Positions 1 through 6,863 of a stretch of DNA of 20,000 nt are shown here, in pieces. Origin of the DNA: an uncultured virus (IMG/VR IMGVR_UViG_3300025168_000059) (lineage: Duplodnaviria; Heunggongvirae; Uroviricota; Caudoviricetes). The position numbers and the translations under genes were made by a program. The notes beneath the pieces are model-generated. The model worked only from the letters and a program-made list of their open reading frames with translations. It did no database searches and was not told the origin of the DNA. How positions within the stretch are numbered: position 1 is the stretch's first letter; each line of letters opens with the position of its first letter. The stretch lies in the IMG/VR virus record IMGVR_UViG_3300025168_000059; one strand, written 5' to 3'.

Positions 1-1242
1 TAGATCTCCATCAAGAGTAAACTTTGCGTTACCGTCAACACTTTGACTTAATCGCCCTATTGTACCAGTTGCTTGCAATCCCCTTGCTTTAACTATATTA
101 TATTGTTCTTGCAAAGCTGCTATATCAAATAAATTAGAAGTAACTTGCAATGTAGCTTCTTGAGGTGAAAAAGGATGCTCTGCTATATATTGATCTAATG
201 ATTTTGCATCTGCAGCGCCTTTTTTCTTTTCCCTCATTTCTTCTTCGTACTCTACAGCTACTTGTTCTTGAGAGTTTCCTTCATCATCTATAAAACCATC
301 TAAATTTCTTTGTATTGGGATAAAATACCCGCAAGTAGTTCCAATTGCTCCTTCATCCCATTTATTTTCATATCCCATACAATCATATGCTTCAGGATTA
401 TAAAATATTTCTTCCATTGCTTCAAAGTCTGATCCTTCCGTACCACCTGTACCAAAAGCAATCATCATCCCTAAAGTTTTACTACCTTGTCTCATTGTTG
501 GCATTGTTACCTCCCAAGCTTTTAATAGTCCTGGGAAAGATCCTGCCTCTTCAAAAAATACTAACTCACCTGCTTTACCCCTTACTTTATCTGGGTTATC
601 TTTTAAACTTACCCCTAGTATTTGTGACTTCATCCCCATCTCAATTTCTAGTCCGTTTACTTTCTTTTTATAGCCAGACATTTTATGCATTTCTCGGTCT
701 CTTAATCTTGGTTGAGACCATGCTGTGTGGTCATCTATAAAAGATAAAAACTCCCAAGCTTTAGACAAAAGTCCATCACCAATTAAGTATTCTTTTTGTC
801 CAGCAAATACAAAATTCTTAGAGTTTTTTACAAAAAAGTAGTTACGTGCAAGCATAGACCCCGCCTTATAAGAATACCCCTTACGTCTCGCTTTTAAAAC
901 AATCATGTGCTTATTATCTGACCTAGCTTTATCTATTTCTTGATAATATTCCCAATCACCGTCATAAAATCTAGGGAACGTTCTTTCACGTCTAGCTTGT
1001 ATACTGCCATCAGGCATTTCTTCGTCTACAGCTCTATCAATAGGACAATAATTTAAATAAAAATAATGAAAACCTGTAATATATAATTCGTCTACAGTAT
1101 ACCCATATAAACATCTTTTTTTCTCTTCATCCCAAAAATCATAGTACTCTTTAGTACCCGGTAAAGACGGTGTGTAGTATCCATTAGCTAAAAAAGATAC
1201 AGCTGATGGTCTAATTCTATTTATATCTTTAAACTTTGGCAT
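1..1242 (-). CDS. terL: Terminase large subunit, crAss-like (3' end runs off the window)
   Basis: Not in the ORF track because it has no stop in the window. Manual translation from ATG at 1242 gives MPKFKDINRIRPSA...YYDFWDEEKKRC...ITGFHYFYLNY...LKARRKGYSY (Walker A), VRGKAGELVFFEEAG (Walker B) and FGTGG (coupling motif), typical of crAss-like TerL. Confidence 0.93.
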   Translation of the reverse strand, partial: MPKFKDINRIRPSAVSFLANGYYTPSLPGTKEYYDFWDEEKKRCLYGYTVDELYITGFHYFYLNYCPIDRAVDEEMPDGSIQARRERTFPRFYDGDWEYYQEIDKARSDNKHMIVLKARRKGYSYKAGSMLARNYFFVKNSKNFVFAGQKEYLIGDGLLSKAWEFLSFIDDHTAWSQPRLRDREMHKMSGYKKKVNGLEIEMGMKSQILGVSLKDNPDKVRGKAGELVFFEEAGSFPGLLKAWEVTMPTMRQGSKTLGMMIAFGTGGTEGSDFEAMEEIFYNPEAYDCMGYENKWDEGAIGTTCGYFIPIQRNLDGFIDDEGNSQEQVAVEYEEEMREKKKGAADAKSLDQYIAEHPFSPQEATLQVTSNLFDIAALQEQYNIVKARGLQATGTIGRLSQSVDGNAKFTLDGDL

Positions 1243-1492
1243 TTTCTTTTATCTCAACTAACTCTGCACACTTTTCATATTCTTCTATACTTATAAAATA
1301 CTCAATGACAATATCTATTGTTGAAGAGTTTCTACCATCTTCTGCAATAGGATCAAATGGTAAAGGAAACTCAGATATTGTATCATCTTCTAAAGCATAG
1401 TAAATATCATCTAAAGTTTTCTTTTTAGTTATAAGATCATAAGCATTTACCATTGCTCTATTATAAAGTTCTAAGTCTTCTAAAAAATCCAT
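1229..1492 (-). CDS. Hypothetical protein with C-terminal UVR-like helical motif
   Basis: 87 aa. Overlaps the terL start, and its ATG overlaps the upstream stop (TAATG). IEEYEKCAEL resembles the UvrB/UvrC coiled-coil motif. Confidence 0.65.
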   Translation of the reverse strand: MDFLEDLELYNRAMVNAYDLITKKKTLDDIYYALEDDTISEFPLPFDPIAEDGRNSSTIDIVIEYFISIEEYEKCAELVEIKENAKV

Positions 1493-2007
1493 TACATACT
1501 ATATTTGTTTACTTCAATTCCACCTCTATTTGTATTTGAGGCTTGTTCTTCTTTTTTAACTATTTCTTCTAACCTAGATAACCCATCAACTACTTTCCCC
1601 ATATTAGATAAGTTAGCTATTAAGTCTTTAGCGTGAAATATAGGTTTACCATTATCATCCATTAAATGTAAATCTACTTGTCTAAAATACTTTTCTAATT
1701 TTACTATTGATTCTCTAGCAGCTTTTAATAATCTTACCGCTGACGTTTCTATTAAATTTTCGTATTTTTTACATCCTCCTAATACTTCTGCAGAAGGTTT
1801 CCACTTATTTTTTTCCCCAAATATACTATTTTTTACTTCAATAATACGTTGCGCTCTTTCATAAACTGAAAAAGGACTCTTATGATCTTCTATAAAATAT
1901 ATAAAAGCTAATTCTTCAACTGTTAAATTTTTAAACTCTATTATAGTTTTAGCATATCCACTAGGAACCGCTTTATTATCTTGGATGTGTATTAAATCTT
2001 CTCTCAT
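1492..2007 (-). CDS. Conserved crAss-like packaging-module protein (possible terminase small subunit)
   Basis: 171 aa, helical, with AFIYF..D.KSPF and a C-terminal EE...RGG. Lies upstream of terL. TerS function is inferred from position only. Confidence 0.6.
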   Translation of the reverse strand: MREDLIHIQDNKAVPSGYAKTIIEFKNLTVEELAFIYFIEDHKSPFSVYERAQRIIEVKNSIFGEKNKWKPSAEVLGGCKKYENLIETSAVRLLKAARESIVKLEKYFRQVDLHLMDDNGKPIFHAKDLIANLSNMGKVVDGLSRLEEIVKKEEQASNTNRGGIEVNKYSM

Positions 2008-2362
2008 GTTTTTTTACAAGTATTAGTACATTTTTATATTTTTCTTCGTCTTTTACTAGTTCTACAGTAATCTTTTCTTTATCTAGTTTCTTATCATTTT
2101 CTATTGCAATGTCTTTTAAAATTCTTAACCTGTGATTTCCATTGCAAGCATAATATCTATACTCTAAATTTTCTTCTTTATAATCTAAAACCTCAATATT
2201 ATTTTGTATTCCATTTTCTTCAATATCTTTTTTTAACTGCCTATTCGACCAATAGCAATTATTTTTAATTGTATGTTTAACTCCATATTTTCCATAAAAA
2301 CCACCAGCATTACAAAAACACCCTTTAATTTCACTTAAAAATAAATTTTTAGTTAGGCTCAT
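1976..2362 (-). CDS. ParB/Srx N-terminal-like domain protein
   Basis: LKKDIEENGIQNNIEV...YYACNGNHRLRIL matches the ParB-N pattern (L..SI...G...PI.V...GxxR). Confidence 0.65.
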   Translation of the reverse strand: MSLTKNLFLSEIKGCFCNAGGFYGKYGVKHTIKNNCYWSNRQLKKDIEENGIQNNIEVLDYKEENLEYRYYACNGNHRLRILKDIAIENDKKLDKEKITVELVKDEEKYKNVLILVKKHERRFNTHPR

Positions 2363-2615
2363 CTACTTTTTCTTTGTGTAAAGCTAATAACTGTTTTATA
2401 GTTTCAAGTTGCATACAGTAATCATATAATATTATCTCATCGTCTGTATGAGTTTCTTTAGTATTATGAATTAAAGTATACTTAAATAAAGCCATTTCAT
2501 ACTGTTGTATCTGAGCCTCTCTATCACGTATTATCATATAAGCTTCATAGTCAATCTTTTTTTGCTCTCCATTAATAAATACTTTTTTCTTACTTTTCTT
2601 TTTTTCTTTTTTCAT
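2349..2615 (-). CDS. Hypothetical protein, basic N-terminus
   Basis: 88-aa ORF overlapping both neighbours in the minus-strand operon. Confidence 0.6.
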   Translation of the reverse strand: MKKEKKKSKKKVFINGEQKKIDYEAYMIIRDREAQIQQYEMALFKYTLIHNTKETHTDDEIILYDYCMQLETIKQLLALHKEKVDEPN

Positions 2616-2817
2616 TTAATTTATTAATATGTTTTACTCTATTAGGATTAACAGAAAATTTACCAAAGTATGGGAGTCTTACCCCATCAAAGTTTCCTTT
2701 CTTCATTATTTTATCTACAAATTTAAATTGAGAGTTTATAATATTTTCCACTTCTTTAAGGGGTAAATTATATTTAGTTGCTAGAATCTGTATTATTATT
2801 TTTTTGTCTTTTAACAT
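2590..2817 (-). CDS. HU/IHF-like DNA-binding protein
   Basis: IIQILATKYNLPLKEVENIINSQF...VRLPYFGKFSV matches the HU/IHF helices plus the V.l.gFG.F strand. IHF-like genes are known from crAss-like packaging modules. Confidence 0.78.
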   Translation of the reverse strand: MLKDKKIIIQILATKYNLPLKEVENIINSQFKFVDKIMKKGNFDGVRLPYFGKFSVNPNRVKHINKLNEKRKKEK

Positions 2818-3304
2818 TTTTTACTTTATCTAATGGTACTGTTCTAACATTTACTTGACCTAGTGTAGGTTCAATAGGAGGACTTGTAAATATTTGAACT
2901 CCATCTTCAGTATAATAAAAATTAGATTTATTATCTATTTGGGGTGGAGTTTCAATTTCTTTTTCTTTTTTTTCTTTTTCAGCTCTATCTACCTCTTCTT
3001 GTTCTTTTTTTGATAGTTCTTGCTTTTCCCATTTCTCTTTAGGGCAATCTGCTGTTTTCCATTTTGCTTTATGCTCTAGCAAACACCCGCAAGAACCACA
3101 CCTCATACTTTTTTCAATTAAAAATTCACATGACTTGCAGGTATCTAATCTTTTTTCATACTCTTCAGGAGTTACATTAGGGGCACCTTCTTTTACATAT
3201 TTAGCTAAATCTTTTGTAAAACTTTTAGCCATCTGAAAAAAAGATGGGGGTTTTACATAGTTATCATTTTTAGAATTATCGTTCTTCTGTGTAGGTTTTT
3301 CCAT
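2774..3304 (-). CDS. Cys-rich protein (DUF6171-like)
   Basis: YEKRLDTCKSC...RCGSCGC...KAKWKTADCPKEKW, a six-Cys pattern ending in CP..KW. Confidence 0.65.
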   Translation of the reverse strand: MEKPTQKNDNSKNDNYVKPPSFFQMAKSFTKDLAKYVKEGAPNVTPEEYEKRLDTCKSCEFLIEKSMRCGSCGCLLEHKAKWKTADCPKEKWEKQELSKKEQEEVDRAEKEKKEKEIETPPQIDNKSNFYYTEDGVQIFTSPPIEPTLGQVNVRTVPLDKVKNVKRQKNNNTDSSN

Positions 3305-3416
3305 ATGTACTTATTTTCAATGTTATTAAATCTCCTTGTGGGTTTTGAAGTATAATTATCTCATAATCTCCTACTTCAAAGTATGTTGGTACGAATATAT
3401 CAAGTATTCTTTCCAT
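3276..3416 (-). CDS. Small hypothetical protein (46 aa)
   Basis: Manual translation: MERILDIFVPTYFEVGDYEIIILQNPQGDLITLKISTYGKTYTEER. ATG overlaps the upstream stop (TAATG) and the ORF fills the gap. Confidence 0.6.
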   Translation of the reverse strand: MERILDIFVPTYFEVGDYEIIILQNPQGDLITLKISTYGKTYTEER

Positions 3417-3748
3417 TATTTTCTATTTATAGTTACTTCTACTTTATTTGTATTAGGATTTAAAAAAGGATTAAGTTTATAAGCATTTTCTTTTTTTAAC
3501 ATTGCACCTTTATCTTTAAATCTTTTAATATAATTATTTAACGTATTATGATCTTCAATTTCTACTAATTTAGCAACTTTTTTCTTATTATTTATTGAAC
3601 AAAGATTTACACTCTCTTTATTATTGTATACATCTATAAATGCAGATAAAATTTGCAATTCTTTATTAGTTAAATTAAATATACCGTTCCATATTTGTAA
3701 ATACTTATAAGTACTATTTATGCTAACTGTTATTTTTTTTGTTTTCAT
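3416..3748 (-). CDS. Putative winged-helix DNA-binding protein
   Basis: LTNKELQIL...KKKVAKLVEI..HNTLNNYIKRFKDKGAM...YKLNP fits a wHTH pattern. Confidence 0.6.
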   Translation of the reverse strand: MKTKKITVSINSTYKYLQIWNGIFNLTNKELQILSAFIDVYNNKESVNLCSINNKKKVAKLVEIEDHNTLNNYIKRFKDKGAMLKKENAYKLNPFLNPNTNKVEVTINRK

Positions 3749-4026
3749 TTTTTACCTAATTTTTTATTTATTTCATACTGGTCTTTTTCTCTATACCCTT
3801 CAGAATTGTTTGTCCCGTAATATTCGTCAGACGAAACTTCTCTAACTCGCTTTGCTTCTGGTTTTACCCCAACTGTAGGAAATCCTTTAAATGATTTATC
3901 TGCTTCTTCCATATATTCCCCACATTCACATAAAGCTTCTTTAGTAACTACCTTTCCCTCTACAACTCCAATAGTCATTTTACTAATATCTCTAGTTTCG
4001 TTACATTTATAGCAGATATACTCCAT
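3745..4026 (-). CDS. Small Zn-ribbon protein (paralog A)
   Basis: CxxC ... CxCGxYM ... FxGFP. Similar to 4031-4222. Confidence 0.7.
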   Translation of the reverse strand: MEYICYKCNETRDISKMTIGVVEGKVVTKEALCECGEYMEEADKSFKGFPTVGVKPEAKRVREVSSDEYYGTNNSEGYREKDQYEINKKLGKK

Positions 4027-4030
4027 TAAA

Positions 4031-4222
4031 CTATTTTTTCTTTAAAGTTGGTTCAGTTCTTATAAGACTAGGAAAACCATCAAACTTTTTTTCTACTTCT
4101 TGCATATACTTACCACATCCACAAATTGCTTCTGCAGTTATAACCTTGCCATCTATTACTTTTAGTGTAGCTTTTTGCAATTCTTTAGTTTCTTCCCCAC
4201 ACTTACATATAAACTTAATCAT
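4031..4222 (-). CDS. Small Zn-ribbon protein (paralog B)
   Basis: CxC ... CxCGxYM ... FxGFP. Similar to 3745-4026. Confidence 0.7.
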   Translation of the reverse strand: MIKFICKCGEETKELQKATLKVIDGKVITAEAICGCGKYMQEVEKKFDGFPSLIRTEPTLKKK

Positions 4223-4361
4223 TTTTTACACGTATTTCTAATTCATAGTGTAATCTTGTTAATGCTTCTCTTATTAACATTATATCGTTAGCTGAATCTT
4301 TATTTTTTATTTTATTTAAGCAATTAATTGCTTGTTTTAAATGTTCACTTTGTGTTATCAT
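4215..4361 (-). CDS. Small hypothetical protein (48 aa)
   Basis: Manual translation: MITQSEHLKQAINCLNKIKNKDSANDIMLIREALTRLHYELEIRVKND. Starts 2 nt after the upstream stop and overlaps the next start. Confidence 0.55.
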   Translation of the reverse strand: MITQSEHLKQAINCLNKIKNKDSANDIMLIREALTRLHYELEIRVKND

Positions 4362-4363
4362 GT

Positions 4364-4603
4364 TTATATTTTTAATTCTATTTTAGCTATACCCCCATTA
4401 ATATTAATTTCAGATGTTTTAGATTGCCTGTTAAATTCTGACACATACTTATCAATATCTTCTCTTGTACACAGAAAAGATAAAAATACTTGCAGTTCTT
4501 TAACAGCTAACTCTAAGTCTTTCCTTGTATCTACAGATTTAGAGTTTGCCTCTAAAAATTTATGGTAATCTTCAGTAGATATAGTGACAGTGCCTTTTAC
4601 CAC
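4364..4603 (-). CDS. Hypothetical protein
   Basis: 79 aa, overlapping the GroES stop within the same operon. Confidence 0.65.
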   Translation of the reverse strand: MVKGTVTISTEDYHKFLEANSKSVDTRKDLELAVKELQVFLSFLCTREDIDKYVSEFNRQSKTSEININGGIAKIELKI

Positions 4604-4866
4604 TTACCTAATAACTGATGTTCTCCAACTAACAGTAAATCTTTTTCGTCTATTCTAGCTTTTATAGCTTCTGTTCTGGGATCTATCATAACAGTATTCC
4701 CTTTTTTAGCAAAAGTGCACATAGGTCCTACTGCTAATACCTCTAATATGTTAGATCTCTTAGCATTTGATTCTGCTGTATCATCTCCTACAAAGATACC
4801 TGACTCTGTTTGTGTAATTGTTGGGTCTGGAAGGACGACCCATGATCCATTTGGTGTAAATTTCAT
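4597..4866 (-). CDS. groES: Co-chaperonin GroES/Cpn10-like protein
   Basis: MKFTPNGSWVVL (P..D.V.V-like), mobile loop TQTESGIFV, EVLAVGP, KKGNTV, and C-terminal LLVGEHQLLG (E..ILA-like). Confidence 0.85.
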   Translation of the reverse strand: MKFTPNGSWVVLPDPTITQTESGIFVGDDTAESNAKRSNILEVLAVGPMCTFAKKGNTVMIDPRTEAIKARIDEKDLLLVGEHQLLGKW

Positions 4867-4884
4867 AATCTATATATTTTTAGG

Positions 4885-4917
4885 CAAAGATATAAATTAT
4901 TTTTTTATAAATCCAAA
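4885..4917 (-). promoter_or_regulatory. Bacteroidota sigma-70 promoter for the groES-terL operon
   Basis: Minus strand TTTG (4917-4914), 21-nt spacer, TATCTTTG (4892-4885), matching the -33/-7 consensus TTTG/TAnnTTTG, just upstream of groES. Confidence 0.75.
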
Positions 4918-4944
4918 TGTTTTTTAAGAAAAGTTTTTTTACTA

Positions 4945-5197
4945 GAGGTAACTAGACGCAGTTATCCCCCTTGAGGTTTGATTTCAAACTTGGATTTCAC
5001 TTTAGCAGTGCTTCTCTTTTAAGAGACCAAAGGATAGTAATATTGATGTTAATTCACCGCACTTACCTATGTGCAATCTATCCTAACTAAAGTTTATACA
5101 CTCGTTCTTTTGCAACTACCGGAGAAAACTCTAATCCTATTTGGATCTACAATCCGATGTCTTTTCCCTTGTATGGTTACCGAGGGATGATATTGTT
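4945..5197 (-). ncRNA. Candidate highly structured ncRNA of unknown class
   Basis: No ORF in the track. Has its own upstream promoter, about 10 nested helices and a 5'-loop/3'-end pseudoknot. Several A-C mismatches on the plus strand become G-U pairs on the minus strand. Confidence 0.62.
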
Positions 5198-5203
5198 GCG
5201 GTG

Positions 5204-5234
5204 CAAAAGTAATAAAAATATATTACAATGCAAG
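5204..5234 (-). promoter_or_regulatory. Bacteroidota promoter driving the candidate ncRNA
   Basis: Minus strand CTTG (5234-5231), 19-nt spacer, TACTTTTG (5211-5204). Confidence 0.65.
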
Positions 5235-5497
5235 TAAAAATACAAAAATCATAAGTAATAAATATATTACAGGGGTTAAATCTCTTGTTTTCATACTACA
5301 AATATATTGTTACTTTTTTAGACCTATGTTAAGGTAATGTTAAATTTTAGAATAAAAAAAATTTTTTTTGGAGGGTTAATGAACGTGTGAACCAGCACAA
5401 TCATCGACCCCCACTATATTACGGAGTTCAAAGTACCCGTGCTTTAATCTCCAATTCAGAACTATTTTCTGAATTAATTCAAAAACATAAATGCCTT

Positions 5498-5755
5498 ATG
5501 TCAGCAGAACTAACACAAATCAGCATGCAAGAGTATGCTCAATCTATTAACGCAGTCAGCGGAGAAATCATAGCAGGTCCTAACGGAGACTTCATCTCAT
5601 TTAAACATGCTGATGATACCAAATCTACTTTACCAATAGGTAATAGGAGTCAAGGTATGAACAAGCCATCTCAACTTGATGTATTGATGCTACCTGACGG
5701 TGGTAAAGTAGCTACTGTTAATCAATATGTAGGACAAGGTGTGGAAAGCTTCTAG
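5498..5755 (+). CDS. Hypothetical protein, first gene of the plus-strand arm
   Basis: The track ORF starts at GTG 5387. The in-frame ATG at 5498 (MSAELTQIS...) follows an A-rich leader and is the more likely start. Confidence 0.6.
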   Translation: MSAELTQISMQEYAQSINAVSGEIIAGPNGDFISFKHADDTKSTLPIGNRSQGMNKPSQLDVLMLPDGGKVATVNQYVGQGVESF

Positions 5756-5759
5756 TAGT

Positions 5760-5778
5760 TAAGGGAGTTTCTCCCTTA
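5760..5778 (+). terminator. Hairpin after ORF (terminator-like, weak U tract)
   Basis: TAAGGGAG-ttt-CTCCCTTA, 8-bp stem. Confidence 0.45.
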
Positions 5779-5807
5779 CTCTCCATCTAATTAAATGATT
5801 ACGGTGT

Positions 5808-5842
5808 GTGAGTGTGGCAATCAGGTCACATTCACCACTTTT
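5808..5842 (+). terminator. Hairpin with short U tract
   Basis: GTGAGTGTGGC / GTCACATTCAC, 11 bp with 2 G-U pairs, followed by CACTTTT. Confidence 0.45.
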
Positions 5843-5960
5843 CCCCACAATTTAGCAATCAATCTAATTACTAATATAAGATAATATAACACAAAGGATA
5901 GAATGTTAGGGGTTGTGCTAATCTATTATTGTCGTAATACTTGTTGCTTAACATTCATAA

Positions 5961-5994
5961 AAGGTAAGGGCTTAGCACAGCTCTTACTTTATTT
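5961..5994 (+). terminator. Intrinsic terminator-like hairpin
   Basis: GTAAGGGCT-tagcac-AGCTCTTAC followed by TTTATTT. Confidence 0.55.
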
Positions 5995-6009
5995 AACTTA
6001 AACATAACT

Positions 6010-6146
6010 TAATAACAGGTTTAACAATAAGCCTAGTGGTTAGTGATAACCTTCTAGAACTAGTGTCGAACAGTAGAGATGCCTCTAAGAGGATGTGACA
6101 TCTAGAGCATTAAGCTTGAAACAAAAACCCTGCTGACCTGTTATTA
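6010..6146 (+). ncRNA. Candidate multi-stem structured RNA element
   Basis: Perfect 11-bp closing stem TAATAACAGGT/ACCTGTTATTA. Internal hairpins GGTTA-GTGA-TAACC (GNRA loop) and ATGC(C)TCTA...TAGAGCAT. Confidence 0.45.
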
Positions 6147-6153
6147 TTAACAT

Positions 6154-6239
6154 AAACTATTATAAGGTAGGCTAATGGACCAAAAGCTTTAGTATAAGTG
6201 TACATAATACTACTAACAACTCCTAACTTATAATAGTTT
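6154..6239 (+). other. Long inverted repeat / stem-closed element
   Basis: Perfect 13-bp AAACTATTATAAG/CTTATAATAGTTT, extended by TAGG/CCTA. Confidence 0.6.
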
Positions 6240-6250
6240 TTAACCTAAAC

Positions 6251-6512
6251 ATTAACTAAACACAAATAAAGAGATGACACAAAATGAATTAATAAGATTA
6301 AAAACAATAAGAGACTTTTTAGATACACCTTTTCAAGGAGATATGGCATCACAAATGTTTGATGATGCAATGAACTGGCAAATGACAGGAGAATGTGAAT
6401 GTCAACAAAGATGTGACTGTGAGTATCATTATGGTGAAGTAACAGGTGAAAATCCTAATCAAAAAGAAATAGATATAATAGATAAAATATTAACTAAACA
6501 TAAATAAAGAGA
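6251..6512 (+). repeat. 24-bp direct repeat flanking the 77-aa ORF
   Basis: ATTAACTAAACACAAATAAAGAGA (6251-6274) versus ATTAACTAAACATAAATAAAGAGA (6489-6512), one mismatch. Confidence 0.8.
6274..6507 (+). CDS. Small Cys-containing hypothetical protein
   Basis: 77 aa with CECQQRCDC and an A-rich leader. Confidence 0.7.
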   Translation: MTQNELIRLKTIRDFLDTPFQGDMASQMFDDAMNWQMTGECECQQRCDCEYHYGEVTGENPNQKEIDIIDKILTKHK

Positions 6513-6513
6513 C

Positions 6514-6717
6514 ATGAGATTAAAATTTAGAAAGTTTGTACTTTATCCTATAATGGATAAACTATTTAACTATAAAACAAAACCTAGTAATATAAAGCCA
6601 ATGCAAATAGAATGCGCTGCACATCCAGCAACTAGTAAGAAATTACAAAGCTTAGATGTACGAAATATAACTTATGATGATTGGCTAAAATATATTAAAT
6701 ATGAATTCACAAGATAA
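6514..6717 (+). CDS. Small hypothetical protein
   Basis: 67 aa, with the same leader sequence as the previous gene. Confidence 0.65.
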   Translation: MRLKFRKFVLYPIMDKLFNYKTKPSNIKPMQIECAAHPATSKKLQSLDVRNITYDDWLKYIKYEFTR

Positions 6718-6728
6718 ATATAAACAAT

Positions 6729-6775
6729 CAATGCAACAGTTAACCTATGCTTATGTAGGTATAATTGTTGTGTTG
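6729..6775 (+). other. Long G-U-rich hairpin
   Basis: CAATGCAACAGTTA/TAATTGTTGTGTTG (14 bp, 3 G-U) plus ACCTAT/GTAGGT. Confidence 0.55.
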
Positions 6776-6803
6776 GTCTACACAATGATAACACAGTAAA
6801 CAC

Positions 6804-6835
6804 AAGGTTGATGATATACCTTTTTTAAATCATCA
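6804..6835 (+). promoter_or_regulatory. H-type pseudoknot in the 5' leader of the putative SSB gene
   Basis: Stem 1 AAGGT (6804-6808)/ACCTT (6818-6822). Loop TGATGAT (6809-6815) pairs with ATCATCA (6829-6835). Ends 28 nt before ATG 6864. Confidence 0.55.
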
Positions 6836-6863
6836 CAATAATCCATTAAAAATCAATTAAACA

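Noticed and set aside
345..740. 131-aa plus-strand ORF
   Set aside because: Antisense shadow of terL with Leu-rich, non-protein-like composition.
4341..4927. Plus-strand ORFs 4341-4568 and 4715-4927
   Set aside because: Antisense to well-supported minus-strand genes.
4945..5197. tmRNA, RNase P RNA or group I intron identity
   Set aside because: No GGGG...CCACCA ends, no GAGGAAAGUCC, no recognisable group I core, and it does not interrupt a gene.
5284..5318. Plus-strand Bacteroidota promoter (CTTG...TACTTTTT)
   Set aside because: Lacks the conserved terminal G of TAnnTTTG, and such a match is likely by chance in AT-rich DNA.
5961..6512. CRISPR mini-array
   Set aside because: Repeats are only 10-11 nt (one pair of 24 nt), spacing is irregular, and no cas genes are present.
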